64,000 bases of DNA. It comes from Obrimoposthia wandeli. Lineage: Eukaryota. The stretch covers positions 1 through 64,000 of the forward strand of contig CDROCS010005192.1 in assembly GCA_977020255.1 (NCBI GenBank), given 5' to 3'. Below are positions 1 to 11,416 of this stretch, piece by piece. Position 1 is the first letter of the stretch; each line of letters begins with the position of its first letter. Below the pieces are notes generated by a model. It worked only from the letters and a program-made list of their open reading frames with translations, was not told the origin of the DNA and did no database searches. The position numbers were made by a program, and so were the translations under genes.

Positions 1-477
1 TGATGAGTTAGTGGCACGGGCAGTGCTGGGTACGACGAAACAGTCATTGCTTGAATTCAGTTTACGCGAGCGCATGGAAAAAGTATTTGAACTAATAGAT
101 CAGGAGTGTGAAAAGCGATTTGGCAGAGTATTGAGGGGGTGACGCACCATTCAGGTTGCATACTTCGAAAGGAAGAACCTGTCATCGAAGAAGAACCTGT
201 AGTCGAAGAAGAACCTGTAGTCGAAGAAGAGCCTGTAGTCGAAGAAGAACCTGTAGTCGAAGAAGAACCTGTAGTCGAAGAAGAACCTGTCATCGAAGAA
301 GAATCCGTCGTCGAAGAAGAACCTGTCATCGAAGAAGAAGCTGTCATCGAAGAAGAAGCTGTCATCGAAGAAGAAGCTGTCATCGAAGAAGAAGCTGTCA
401 TCGAAGAAGAAGCTGTCGTCGCAGAAGAAGCTGTCATCGAAGAAGAAGCTGTCGTCGAAAAAGATGATTCATTATGA
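1..477 (+). CDS. fliH: Flagellar assembly protein FliH, 3' part only (runs off window start; apparent frameshift ~120-170) with long acidic repeat tail
   Basis: Frame from nt 2 reads ...QSLLEFSLRERMEKVFELIDQECEK, resembling the FliH C-terminal helix. Lies directly upstream of fliI. The repeat-frame stop TGA (475-477) overlaps the fliI ATG (474-476) in an ATGA coupling. Confidence 0.6.
169..456 (+). repeat. Coding tandem repeat, 16 x 18 bp (GAAGAAGAA-CCT/GCT-GTC/GTA-ATC/GTC), encoding (E/K/A)EE(P/S/A)V(V/I)
   Basis: Counted from ORF 139..477: 16 hexapeptide units. Pro-type units in the 5' half, Ala-type units in the 3' half. Confidence 0.95.
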
Positions 478-1817
478 GTTTGAGTGATCAAATTAGCCAT
501 ATCAACCTTGATAAATTATCACTGCAAAAAAAAGCCAGCGGAAAGTTAATTCGCATGGTCGGACTAACCTTAGAAGCTGAAGGCCTTGTCGTAAAAATTG
601 GCGATCGCTGCATGGTTGAACGCCGAGATGATACTGATATCGAAGCCGAAGTCGTTGGCTTTGACGGCAGCCGTATTTTTCTCATGCCCATTGAACAAGT
701 GGATGGTTTACAAGCAGGAACTAAAGTCAGCCCTTTATCAGGCTCTAATGGGGTGCCGGTAGGTTTTCAATTATTGGGCCGAGTGGTTGATGGTATTGGG
801 CGCCCTTTAGATGGCAAAGGGCCTTTGCATGCCGAAGAAGGTTCTTTGCAAGGTGAGCAGATTAATCCATTACACCGAGATCCTATTCGAACTCCTTTAG
901 ATGTGGGTTTACGCTCTATTAATGCTTTATTAACAGTGGGTCGTGGTCAGCGAATAGGACTTTTTGCCGGCAGTGGTGTTGGTAAAAGTATGCTGTTGGG
1001 TATGATGACGCGTTTTACTGAAGCAGATATTACCGTTGTTGGCTTAATCGGTGAGCGTGGCCGAGAAGTAAAAGAATTTATCGATGAAATTTTAGGTGAA
1101 GAAGGCATGAAGCGATCCGTGGTTATTGCTTCTCCTGCGGATGATTCCCCTTTGATGCGCTTGCGTGCTGCCATGTATTGCACGTCGATTTACCAGAATA
1201 TTACATAAGCAGGAGCCAGGAAATGTCTTGATGCTGATGGATTCTTTAACCCGTTATGCTCAGGCACAGCGTGAAATTGCACTGGCTGTTGGCGAACCGC
1301 CTGCAACCAAGGGTTATCCACCTTCTGTATTTACCAAAATCCCCAAGTTAGTCGAACGTGCTGGTAATGGCGAAGCTGGTGGTGGTTCTATTACTGCGTT
1401 TTACACCGTATTAAGCGAAGGCGATGATTTGCAAGATCCTGTGGCGGATGCCAGCCGAGCAATTCTGGATGGCCACATTGTATTATCACGAAAATTAGCC
1501 GACGAAGGCCATTATCCGGCGATTGATATTGAAGCGTCGATCAGTCGGGCTATGCCCCAAATTGTGTCGAAAGAATGGTTACGCAAAGCTCAAATGCTGC
1601 GCCAGTTGTATGCTCATTACCAAGAAAATAAAGATCTGGTCAGCGTTGGGGCTTATCAAACAGGTACTGATCCTACTTTGGATTTGGCGTTGAATCGGAT
1701 TCCTATGATTCAAAGCTTTTTGCAGCAAGAGTTAACCGAGTGCGTCAACATAGGCTGAGCTTAGAACAGCTGAACGCTATTTTACCTGACGTGCCACAGA
1801 CTGATGTGAATGGATAA
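474..1817 (+). CDS. fliI: Flagellum-specific ATPase FliI (split by frameshifts ~1190 and ~1750; probably sequence error)
   Basis: Walker [36 protein letters not shown] across ORFs 474..1208 and 1165..1758. An alternative frame continues to TAA at 1815-1817. Confidence 0.95.
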
Positions 1818-1822
1818 ATTGA

Positions 1823-2260
1823 ATGAGTAAGCAAAGAATTAAGCGTATGGGCTTGGTCTTAAAAATGGCCGCCGATAAAGAGCAGCAAGACCTGAAGGTA
1901 TGGGGACAATACCAGCAGAAGTTAGAGCAAGAAATTGGCAAGCTCACTCAGCTTGAACAATATATGACGGAATACCGTCTTAGTTTAACCAGTCAGCAAG
2001 CCGCACCCATTCAAGGTGGGCAAATACAAAATACCATTGCTTTTATTGAGCAAATTAAAGACGCCAGCGGTCATCAGCAGCAGCAAATTAATTTGGTCCA
2101 GCAGCAAGCCGAGGGCGCTAAGCGTGTTTATTTAGCGGCACGCGCAAAAGCGGCCGCAAACTGATCGAAAGGAATTAAAATCAGCAAAGCTTTTGCCGCG
2201 AGAGAAAACAAGATCAAATGATGGACGAATTTGCAGCTCGCAGTGCTCGTAACAAATCCC
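1823..2260 (+). CDS. fliJ: Flagellar export protein FliJ (3' end frameshifted, end approximate)
   Basis: Gln-rich coiled-coil ORF 1823..2164 after fliI. A shifted frame carries the QMMDEFAAR terminal motif typical of FliJ. Confidence 0.85.
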
Positions 2261-2416
2261 AATTCGCCAGCCTCCGCCCCACATTTCTCCACGCTTTAAT
2301 TCTTAGTTCTTAAGTCTGATATTCCCTAAACCCTCTTGTTAAAATCATCGGTAAAAATTCGCAGCTTTCTAATTGCCGTCTATTATTAGAATAAACGGAA
2401 ATAGGAATGGAATGAC

Positions 2417-2710
2417 ATGTCTGAAGGGCATCAGGTTGAGTGCGGTGAGCGAATGACCATAGAGCAGGTCGAAAGCTTGTACAGCCAGTTAGAAACAGCG
2501 TTGTTAACACACGATAACATCGAGCTTATTGCCGATCGTGTTCAGCAGTGCGATACCGCGTCACTTCAGCTAATCGTAAATCTTATGAAAGCGTCAAAAC
2601 AGCAAGGACCTACTGTGAAATGGGTTAAACCCTCACCGGCGGTTATCAATGTGGCTGAGTTATTAGGCTTAGTTGAAGCGCTAGAATTAACACAACATAT
2701 TACGCAGTAG
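2417..2710 (+). CDS. STAS-domain (anti-sigma antagonist-like) protein at head of chemosensory cluster
   Basis: 97 aa with STAS-like motif DRVQQCDTASLQLIV...PSPAVINVAELLGL, directly upstream of cheY-cheA. Confidence 0.8.
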   Translation: MSEGHQVECGERMTIEQVESLYSQLETALLTHDNIELIADRVQQCDTASLQLIVNLMKASKQQGPTVKWVKPSPAVINVAELLGLVEALELTQHITQ

Positions 2711-2743
2711 AAACTTACGCAGTACAAATAAGGGAGTATGCCA

Positions 2744-3106
2744 ATGGCAACCATTTTGGCGGTTGACGATTCCGCATCGATGCGACAAATGGTCACCTTC
2801 ACCTTAAAAGGTGCAGGCTATGATGTGCAAGAAGCTTGTGATGGTAGTGAAGCTTTAAATATTGCTAAGACGAAAAGATTTGATTTGGTTTTGTCGGATG
2901 TGAACATGCCTATTATGGACGGTATTCAGTTGGTCTCAGAACTGCGTAAATTGAGTGAGTATAAGTTTGTGCCTATTCTTATGCTGACGACTGAGTCGGC
3001 GGGGGATAAAAAAATGGCTGGTAAAAAGGCTGGGGCGACTGGCTGGATTGTTAAGCCATTTAATCCTGACCAGCTATTAAATACCATTAAGAAAGTTTTG
3101 GGTTAA
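2744..3106 (+). CDS. cheY: Chemotaxis response regulator CheY (second, F7/Che2-type system)
   Basis: Single REC domain: VDDS, LSDVNMP, LTTES, KPFNP. RBS AGGGAG favours the ATG at 2744. Confidence 0.9.
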   Translation: MATILAVDDSASMRQMVTFTLKGAGYDVQEACDGSEALNIAKTKRFDLVLSDVNMPIMDGIQLVSELRKLSEYKFVPILMLTTESAGDKKMAGKKAGATGWIVKPFNPDQLLNTIKKVLG

Positions 3107-3111
3107 TTATT

Positions 3112-5273
3112 ATGAGTATCGATCTCTCGCAATTTCATCAGGTTTTCTTCGAAGAAAGTTTCGAAGGCTTAGATATTATGGAATCCAATTTATTAGCACT
3201 GGATTTAACCGAGGTTGATGCTGAAACAATTAACACCATTTTTCGTGCGGCTCACTCCATTAAAGGTGGCGCTGGTACTTTTGGTTTTATGCAAGTCTCT
3301 GGCTTTACACATGTACTGGAAACATTACTCGACGAAATACGCAGTGGCGTTCGTGGAATAGAGCAAGAGCATGTTGATATGCTTTTGCAATGTGTTGATT
3401 GCCTGCGAGGATTGATGAGTGATTTGCAGGCAGGTTCTGAGCCTGATATGACTCAAGCGGATGATTTAAAGAGTAAATTTGAGGCAATTTTAGCCGGTGA
3501 TGCTGCCTCTGTTAGTAATGAGCCAGGGCCCGAAAAAAGGCGGATGATACTATCGCTGACAATCAGTCTTCTGAATCAGGCAGTGATGTAAAGGGCTGGA
3601 AAATTGAATTCATACCTTGTGAGGATGTTTTATGCACGGGCAATGAACCTTATCGCATGTTTCGTGAGTTAAAAGATTTAGCCGATGCAGCAGCAGGGGA
3701 TTTTGAAGTCATTGCGCATTTAGACGCATTGCCTGAATTCTCTAAAATGCTTCCCGAGATGTGTTATTTATCTTGGACGGTGATGGTTCGTGCGGATATT
3801 GAATTATCGGATATTGAAGAGATATTTGAATGGGTGGTTGATGATTGTGATATCCGTTATCAGCGTCTTGCAGACGAGCAGCCTGAGCAAGATATTGAAA
3901 ACCTCCAAACTGAAAATCTAGCCAGCGCCGAAATAACAGACCTACCTAAAGAAACAGAACGTATTGAAAAAACGGAGATTGTTGCAGAAACAATCATTGA
4001 AAAATCAGCGTATGTTGATCCGAGTACGGTAAAAACGGTCCCGAAAGTAGCGGCTAAAGCGGTTTCTAAAGCCGCAGAAAACACCTCTATTCGGGTATCC
4101 ATCGACAAAATCGATGGTTTGATCAACATGGTGGGCGAGCTTGTTATTACCCAATCTATGCTAGGTCAATTAGGCCAAGATTTTGATGTCAGTCGAATCC
4201 AGCGTCTGCAAGAAGGCCTATCTCAGCTTGAACAGAATACTCGCGAGCTACAAGAAAGTGTGATGAAAATTCGCATGCTCCCGATCAGTTTTGCATTCAG
4301 TCGTTTTCCTCGACTGGTTCGTGATCTAAGTAAACAGCTTGATAAAGAAGTCGATTTGGTAATGATCGGTGAAAATACCGAGCTGGATAAAACAGTAATG
4401 GAAAAGATCGGAGATCCACTTGTTCACCTAGTGCGTAACTCGCTTGACCATGGTTTAGAAAGTGCTGAAGAACGCATGAGTAATGGCAAATCCAGTAACG
4501 GCACCATAACACTGAATGCTTATCATCATGGTGGCTCTATTGTTATCGAGGTGAAAGATGATGGCGCGGGTTTAAACAAAGACAGAATCCGTAGTAAAGC
4601 CATTGAAAAAGGCCTAATTGCTGAGGATGAACAGCTTACGGATGGACAAATATACGATCTTATTTTTCAGCCAGGATTTTCAACTGCCGATGTTGTGAGT
4701 GATGTATCAGGTCGTGGAGTAGGGATGGATGTGGTGCGTCGAAATATTGCTGAACTCAATGGTTCTATTGATGTTTCATCGATATCTGGAAAAGGTTCTA
4801 CCTTTTCTATTCGATTACCTTTAACTCTCGCGATTTTAGATGGCCAGTTAGTGAAGGTCGGCGAAGAGGTTTATATTTTCCCATTAGTTTCTATTGTGGA
4901 GTCTATTCAGCTAGAAAAATCTATGCTGAATAATATTACGGGTAATCAATATGTGATGCAGTTGCGTAATGATTATGTCCCTATTATTTGCTTGCAAGAA
5001 ATTTTCAACATCAAGGCAGAAAAGAAAGATCTTGATGGCGCGATGTTGGTGGTCGTTGAAGGCGATAACGGAAAAATAGGCATTGTCGTTGATGAACTAT
5101 TAGGCCAACAGCAGGTTGTAATTAAGAGCCTGGAGAAAAACTACCAGAAAGTTGATTTTATATCAGGTGCCACAATTTTAGGCGATGGCACCGTTGCTTT
5201 AATTGTGGATATCTCGGGTTTACATAATAAGTCGTCAGATAAAAGTTCTGACAATCAAATTCAAGCTGCTTAG
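3112..5273 (+). CDS. cheA: Chemotaxis histidine kinase CheA (second system; frameshift at A-run ~3535)
   Basis: Hpt FRAAHSIKGG, dimerisation LINMVGELVI, HATPase HLVRNSLDHG and GRGVGMDVV, C-terminal CheW domain. The intervening frame reads KGWKIEFIP...GNEPYRMFRE. Confidence 0.95.
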
Positions 5274-5291
5274 AGGAGTAGTGCATGATAA

Positions 5292-5807
5292 ATGCAGCTC
5301 AGCAGAAGTAATGATAATACCGCTGGCAATGAACAGCAGTATTTAACCTTTATTATGGCAGGGGAAGAATATGGAGTTGATATTCTAGCGGTGCAAGAGA
5401 TACGAGGTTGGGAACCAACAACGGTTATTCCAAATGCTCCGAGCTATATAAAAGGCGTTATTAATTTGCGCGGGATCATTGTTCCCATTATGGATCTACG
5501 CAGTCGGTTTAATTTAGAGCGTATTGAATATAGCCCAGTAACGGTGGTTATTATTTTAAAAGTTGAAACTGAACGTGGCGAGCGAGTAATGGGCATTGTA
5601 GTTGATGCTGTGTCGGATGTTCACTCGATCAGAGATTCTGATACCCGTAATAGCCCGGATTTAATTGAAGATTTAAATACTGAATTTATCCGCAGTTTGG
5701 TTTCAGTGGATGACAGTATGATTATTTTATTAGACGTACAGCGTTTATTAACAATCGATAAGCAAATATTAAATTTAGCGGCGGCGGTTGTTGCCGATAA
5801 CGAATAA
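5292..5807 (+). CDS. cheW: Chemotaxis coupling protein CheW
   Basis: QYLTF...YGVDILAVQEIRGW...GVINLRGIIVPIMDLR motifs. Confidence 0.95.
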   Translation: MQLSRSNDNTAGNEQQYLTFIMAGEEYGVDILAVQEIRGWEPTTVIPNAPSYIKGVINLRGIIVPIMDLRSRFNLERIEYSPVTVVIILKVETERGERVMGIVVDAVSDVHSIRDSDTRNSPDLIEDLNTEFIRSLVSVDDSMIILLDVQRLLTIDKQILNLAAAVVADNE

Positions 5808-5846
5808 ACAGCAAATAACAAAATTATGATTAACAGGATGAGAATC

Positions 5847-8781
5847 ATGTCTGAAGAGCAGAGTATGACGCACTGGAAAATTCCAACGCTAACGGTTATG
5901 CCTGCGGTACTGGCATTAGTCTATTTAGCGTTTATGACGGCTAATGCCGGTTTATCGATAGTAATTTCAGTGATCGCTATCGCCTGTTCAATCGTCTTAG
6001 GTTGGTTTCAACTATCGAAACAACAGGGTCTTAGTGATCATGCCATTGAAACAGAGCGCCTGGTGAAAGCACTGGATGTCTGTAATACCAATGTAATGTT
6101 AGCGGATATTAATAATGAGATTTGTTATACCAATAAATCCGTTAATACCATGATGAAAAATGCCGAATCAGCTATTCGAAGTGAACTTCCAGAGTTCAAT
6201 AGTGCGACTTTAATGGGTACTAATATGGATGTTTTCCATAAAGATCCTGCTCATCAGAAAAGCATGGTTGCAAATCTTAGCCAGACTTATAAAACACACA
6301 TTATGGTAGGTGGTCGTACTTTAAGTTTAATTGCTAGGCCGAGTTTTTCAGATGCCGAATCACGCTTAGGCACCGTAGTTGAGTGGTCTGATAAAACCGA
6401 TGAGCTAGCGAAAGAGCATGAAGAGCAACAAGCAGCAAAAGAAAATATTCGTATTCGTAAAGCATTAGATGTGTGTAATACCAATGTGATGATGGCAAAT
6501 GAAAATCTAAATATCACTTATATGAACGAAGCTGTAAAAGAGATGATATTCAGCAGCAGGCTGATTTGAAAGTTGCTTTTTACCGAATTTTAATGCTCAA
6601 AAATTGATGGGCGAAAATGTTGATGTCTTCCATAAAGACCCTTCTCATCAACGAGGGATGTTAGAAAAATTATCGGCTGTTTATAAAGCAACAAATCCGA
6701 GTCGGCGTGCGGTTTCCATTTAGCTTAAACGCCAGCCGAACGGTCAGCGTTTAGGCACGGTAGTTGAGTGGCTTGATAAAACAGAAATGCTCGCACTTGA
6801 AGCAGAAACAGAGCTCAGTGCAAAAGAGAATATTCGTATTCGTAAAGCGTTAGATGTGTGTAATACCAATGTCATGATGGCCGATACTAATCTTGATATT
6901 GTTTATATGAATGATTCTGTTAAAACTATGATGAAAGCCGCAGAGGTGGATCTAAAAGCAGAGCTACCAAGTTTTGATGCTATTAATTTAATCGGCAATA
7001 ATATTGATCAGTTCCATAAAAATCCAGCCCATCAGCGTGGCATGCTCGCCAAGCTTGAGAGTGTATACAAAACTGAAATTCATATCGGCCCACGTACTTT
7101 TAGCTTGATTGCTACCCCCGTATTTAATGACGGTGAACGTTTAGGTACTGCGGTTGAGTGGCTGGATAAAACCGAAACTCTTGCCAAAAAGCGGCAAGAA
7201 AATAATTTCTGATACTAATGCTCGGGTTAAGCAGGCATTGGATTCGGTCACGGGTAATACAATGATCGCGGATAATGATTTTAATATCATTTATATGAAC
7301 GCTGCGGTTCAAGGGATGATGAGTAATGCTCAAGAAGATATACGTAAAGACCTACCTAGTTTTGATGCGAATAATTTGGTGGGGCAAAATATTGATGTCT
7401 TCCATAAAAACCCTTCTCACCAACGTAATTTAGTTGCTTAGGCGGTAGGGACCGTCTCAAAAACACAAAATAAGGAAGTATTGAATTGGGCGAGGACTTT
7501 TGTCTTAATTGCGAATCCGATTGAAAATAAGGAAGGTGAGCGCTTAGGTGCTGTGGTTGAGTGGATGGATCGCACTGATGAAGTCGCCGTTGAAAAAGAA
7601 GTAGATGACTTGGTTCAAGCGGCGGTTAATGGTGATTTATCTCATCGTTTAGAAGTGGCTGGTAAAGAGGGCTTTTTCTTAAGTTTGGCGACGGGCTTAA
7701 ATGATTTAGTGGGTATTGCTGATAATGTGGTTAACGATACTGCACGAGTATTGGATGCTTTAGCTCATGGCCGCTTAACTGAAACGATTACAGCAGATTA
7801 TCAAGGTTCATTTGGTAAATTAAAGCAAGACTCTAATGCCACCGTAGCCAAATTAACAGAAATCATAACGAATATCCGCGAGTCGGCATCGACGGTTTCA
7901 ACCGGTGCCAATGAAATTGCTCAGGGTAACTCTGATTTGAGTCAGCGTACTGAAGCTCAAGCGTCAAACCTTGAGGAGACCGCATCGAGTATGGAAGAAA
8001 TGACCAGTGCGGTGAAGCAGACCAGCGAGAACTCTACTCATGCAACTCAGCTGGCCGTTTCGGCAAGCAAGCAAGCGGCACAAGGCGGAGAGGTGGTTAG
8101 CCGTGCAGTGACCGCGATGGAAGATATCAACCAAGCGAGTAATAAAATTGCCGATATTATCGGCGTGATCGATGAAATTGCTTTTCAGAACAGAATTATT
8201 GGTATTAAACGCAGCAGTAGAGGCAACAAGAGCGAATTGCTTGGGGCAGAGGTTTTGCGGTAGTTGCTGGTGAAGTACGAGGAAATCTTGCTCAGCGTTC
8301 AGCGGGTGCTGCGAAAGAAATTAAAGATCTGATTCGCGATAGTGTAGATAAAGTGAATGCGGGTACGAGTCTGGTTAACGAATCGGGTAAAACGCTAAAA
8401 GATATTGTATCTTCAGTGAAGAGTGTCACCGATATGATTGAAGAGATTAGTATTGCGGCACAAGAGCAGTCATCGGGCATTGAGCAGGTAAACGGTGCCA
8501 TTGCTCAAATGGATGAAATGACACAGCAAAATGCGGCCTTAGTGGAAGAAGCAACTGCGGCAGGTGAAGCGATGGCAGAGCAATCTAGAGGCATGATGAG
8601 CTTGATGGATTTCTTTACCCTAAATAATTCTACCGCCAATATGGCGGGTTATGTTAATAGCCCCTCAATTGCCGCACCTTCAGCCTCTTCTGCCGGCTAG
8701 GTTGCCAGTGAAAAGTCTTCTCACTCTAGCCAAGGCGCTGTGATGAGTGACTCGGCGGATGATGAATGGCAAGAGTTTTAA
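5847..8781 (+). CDS. Aer2/McpB-like chemoreceptor: 2 N-terminal TM helices, four PAS domains, HAMPs, MA signalling domain, C-terminal pentapeptide EWQEF (multiple frameshifts and one in-frame TAG)
   Basis: Four repeats of ALD(V/S)..N.M.A...FHK(D/N)P(A/S)HQ...(G/A)(T/A)(V/A)VEW.D(K/R)T. Signalling domain NLSQRTE-like and [11 protein letters not shown]. Ends DDEWQEF-TAA at 8781, in frame with ORF 8353..8700. Confidence 0.9.
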
Positions 8782-8790
8782 AGGCTGATC

Positions 8791-9641
8791 ATGTCCACAA
8801 CTCATGCAGCGGTAGATTATAGGGAAAAGGAATTCCCTATGACAAATAAAGATTTTGAGCGTATTGCCGCGTTAGCGGGCCGATATACGGGCATTGTTTT
8901 AGGCGAGCATAAACGCGATATGGTTTATGGGCGAATTGCTCGTCGTGTTAGGAAATTACATTTAATGAGTTTTACTCATTATTTGGATTTTCTGGAGGCC
9001 AACTTAGCGCAAGAACTGTCTAGTTTTATTAATGTGATTACTACAAATTTAACATCGTTTTTTCGTGAGAATCATCACTTTAATTTTCTTGAAAAAACAG
9101 TATTGCCCGAGGTACGGAAAAAAAACAGCGTTGCTAAACGTATGCGAATTTGGTCAGCAGGCTGTTCGTCGGGACAAGAACCTTACTCCATTGCCATGAT
9201 ACTAAAGAAATTTTCTATTTCTGCGGATTGGGATGTGAAAATTCTAGCCACAGATCTTGATTCTGATGTACTCGAAAAAGCGAGTCGTGCTGTTTATTCA
9301 AATACGGATATTGATGGCTTGGATGAGTTGACAATAAAAAATTATTTCCAACGAAGTAGTATTAAAAATGAAGTTAAAGTGAAAGTAGAATCTCTGATTA
9401 TGTTCATTTTAAACGATTGAATTTATTGGAAAAATGGCCGATGACAGGGCCGTTTGATTTTATATTTTGCAGAAATGTGGTTATTTATTTTGATAAGCCA
9501 ACACAGAAAATTTTGTTTGATCGCTATGCTGATATGTTACCAATAGGGGGTTATCTCTTTATTGGTCACTCTGAAAATTTACACGGTATTAGTGATCGCT
9601 TCGAGAATCTCGGCAATACTATTTATAGGAAAATACGCTGA
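8791..9641 (+). CDS. cheR: Chemotaxis methyltransferase CheR (frameshift ~9400)
   Basis: TTNLTSFFRE, RIWSAGCSSGQEPYSIAM, ILATDLD, FDFIFCRNVVIYFD. Confidence 0.95.
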
Positions 9642-10304
9642 TGATGGCGTTGGACATAGTTCCACTCATGCGAACAGCCTCCCTTAAGCCCAGAGTTTGA
9701 GCACATAAACCGTTATTGGGACAATCTGCATCATGTCTGGGCGGCTAAAATATTACCGGGAGAATTGTATGTGTCTACCCATGGAGAAATGATTTCAACG
9801 GTATTAGGTTCTTGTATCTCAGTTTGTATTCGCGATAAGAATAAAGGGATTGGTGGCATGAATCATTTTATGCTGCCAAAAAATAATGAATTTTCCAGTG
9901 AGGCTTGGGGAAATAATCCGGCTACTTCGGCCTCTCGTTATGGGAACTGGGCGATGGAGTATTTGATAAATGCTATTTTAAAGCGTGGTGGTGAAAAGAA
10001 AAATTTTGAGGTGAAAGTTTTTGGCGGTGGCCAAATGATGGCAAAAATGACGGATATAGGTCAGCGGAATATAATATTTGTTTATCAATACTTGGCAGAA
10101 GAAATGTTAAAAATTGAAGCCAGTGATGTCGGTGATGTTTTTGCCCGTAAAGTATTATATTTTCCTGATACTGGCAGTGTAAAAGTGAGACGTATTACAA
10201 ATGTTAAAAACGATACTATTATCCGTCGTGAAAATGAGTATAACGAGCTAGTAAAGGTAGCGGGTGCCGCTAAACCTGATTCGAACAATGTCGAGCTATT
10301 TTAG
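9641..10304 (+). CDS. cheD: Chemoreceptor glutamine deamidase CheD (5' part frameshifted)
   Basis: TVLGSCISVC, GGMNHFMLP, VKVFGGG, DVGDVFARKV. An upstream frame reads INRYWD...AAKILPGE. Confidence 0.9.
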
Positions 10305-10312
10305 GAGGGAAT

Positions 10313-11347
10313 ATGGTGAAAACTCGTGTATTAATCATCGATGATTCTGCTCTAATTAGAAAGATGCTAACAGAAATCCTAAGCAGTTGTGATGATATAG
10401 AAGTAGTCGGTACTGCTGCTGATCCATTTATTGCTAGAGAAAAAATTAAATTACTGTCACCTGATGTGCTGACTTTAGATATAGAAATGCCCAAAATGAC
10501 GGGCTTACAATTTTTGCGTAATCTAATGCGTCTACGTCCTATGCCGGTGATTATGGTTTCTACGTTAACTGAGCGTGGCGCTCCTGAAACGTTAGAAGCT
10601 TTAGAGTTGGGTGCTGTGGATTATATTTGCAAACCTAAGGCGCAGACAGAAACTAAACTCAGAATATTTGCAGAGGAGTTAGTTAGCAAGGTTCGGATGG
10701 CCTCCACTGCCAGGGTACAACCGTTTCAACCTAATAAAGTGCGTGTGCCTGTCGCCAAATCAAGCGCTTCTTATTCTAGAGTGATTGCAGTAGGAGCATC
10801 TACTGGAGGTACGGAGGCGATTAAAACATTGTTAACTTCGGTTCCTGACAATTGTCCGCCTATTTTAATTACTCAGCATATTCCCAAAGTATTCAGTACT
10901 TCGTTTGCCGAGCGGCTAGATCGCTATTTGGCGATGGAGGTTTTTGAGGCTCAAGAGGGAATGATAATTCGCCCAGGTTGCGTTTATATTGCTCCTGGAG
11001 ATTATCATTTAACCGTCGCGAGGTCGGGCACAAAAATGGTTTGCCATATCATTCAAACAGAAAAGGTGAATCGTCACCGACCGGCTGTTGATGTGATGTT
11101 TAATTCGGTGCAGGGGTTTCAAAAGTGGTTGCCGTTATCCTAACGGGGATGGGCAATGACTTGCGGCGCTGCGGTATGCTCCGAGCCAAGCAAGCTTGAG
11201 GGGGAGGCAACTACCTATGCCCAAGATGAAGCGACATCGGTGGTTTGGGGGATGCCTCAAGCGGCCTATAATCTTGGCGCGGTTGATGAAGTGCTTCCAT
11301 TGCAAAAAATTACTGAAAAAATGTTGCGATCAGCGCAAAATAAATGA
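10313..11347 (+). CDS. cheB: Chemotaxis methylesterase CheB (second system; frameshifts ~11110-11200)
   Basis: REC domain plus GASTGG, QHIP, RPAVD, shifted VAVILTGMGND, and AQDEATSVVWGMP. Confidence 0.95.
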
Positions 11348-11416
11348 TGAATCAAACACTATACTAACGCTGAATATAGGCTAGAGTATAAATAGATGAC
11401 TAAGGAGAGTTAGGAT

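Noticed and set aside
169-456. Possible CRISPR array
   Set aside because: Units are contiguous with no unique spacers, are a multiple of 3, and no cas genes are present.
57-500. Ser/Thr-rich minus-strand ORF (57..500) and Arg/Cys/His-rich ORF (156..467)
   Set aside because: Both are alternative-frame shadows of the 18-bp repeat; only the Glu-rich frame is coupled to fliI.
2352-2382. sigma-28 promoter (TAAA...GCCGTCTA) upstream of the Che2 cluster
   Set aside because: Spacing is 19 nt instead of ~15 and the -10 is degenerate.
5826-8700. Several separate small MCP/PAS genes as listed in the ORF track
   Set aside because: The fragments join into one receptor across frameshifts; there are no RBS or intergenic gaps between them.
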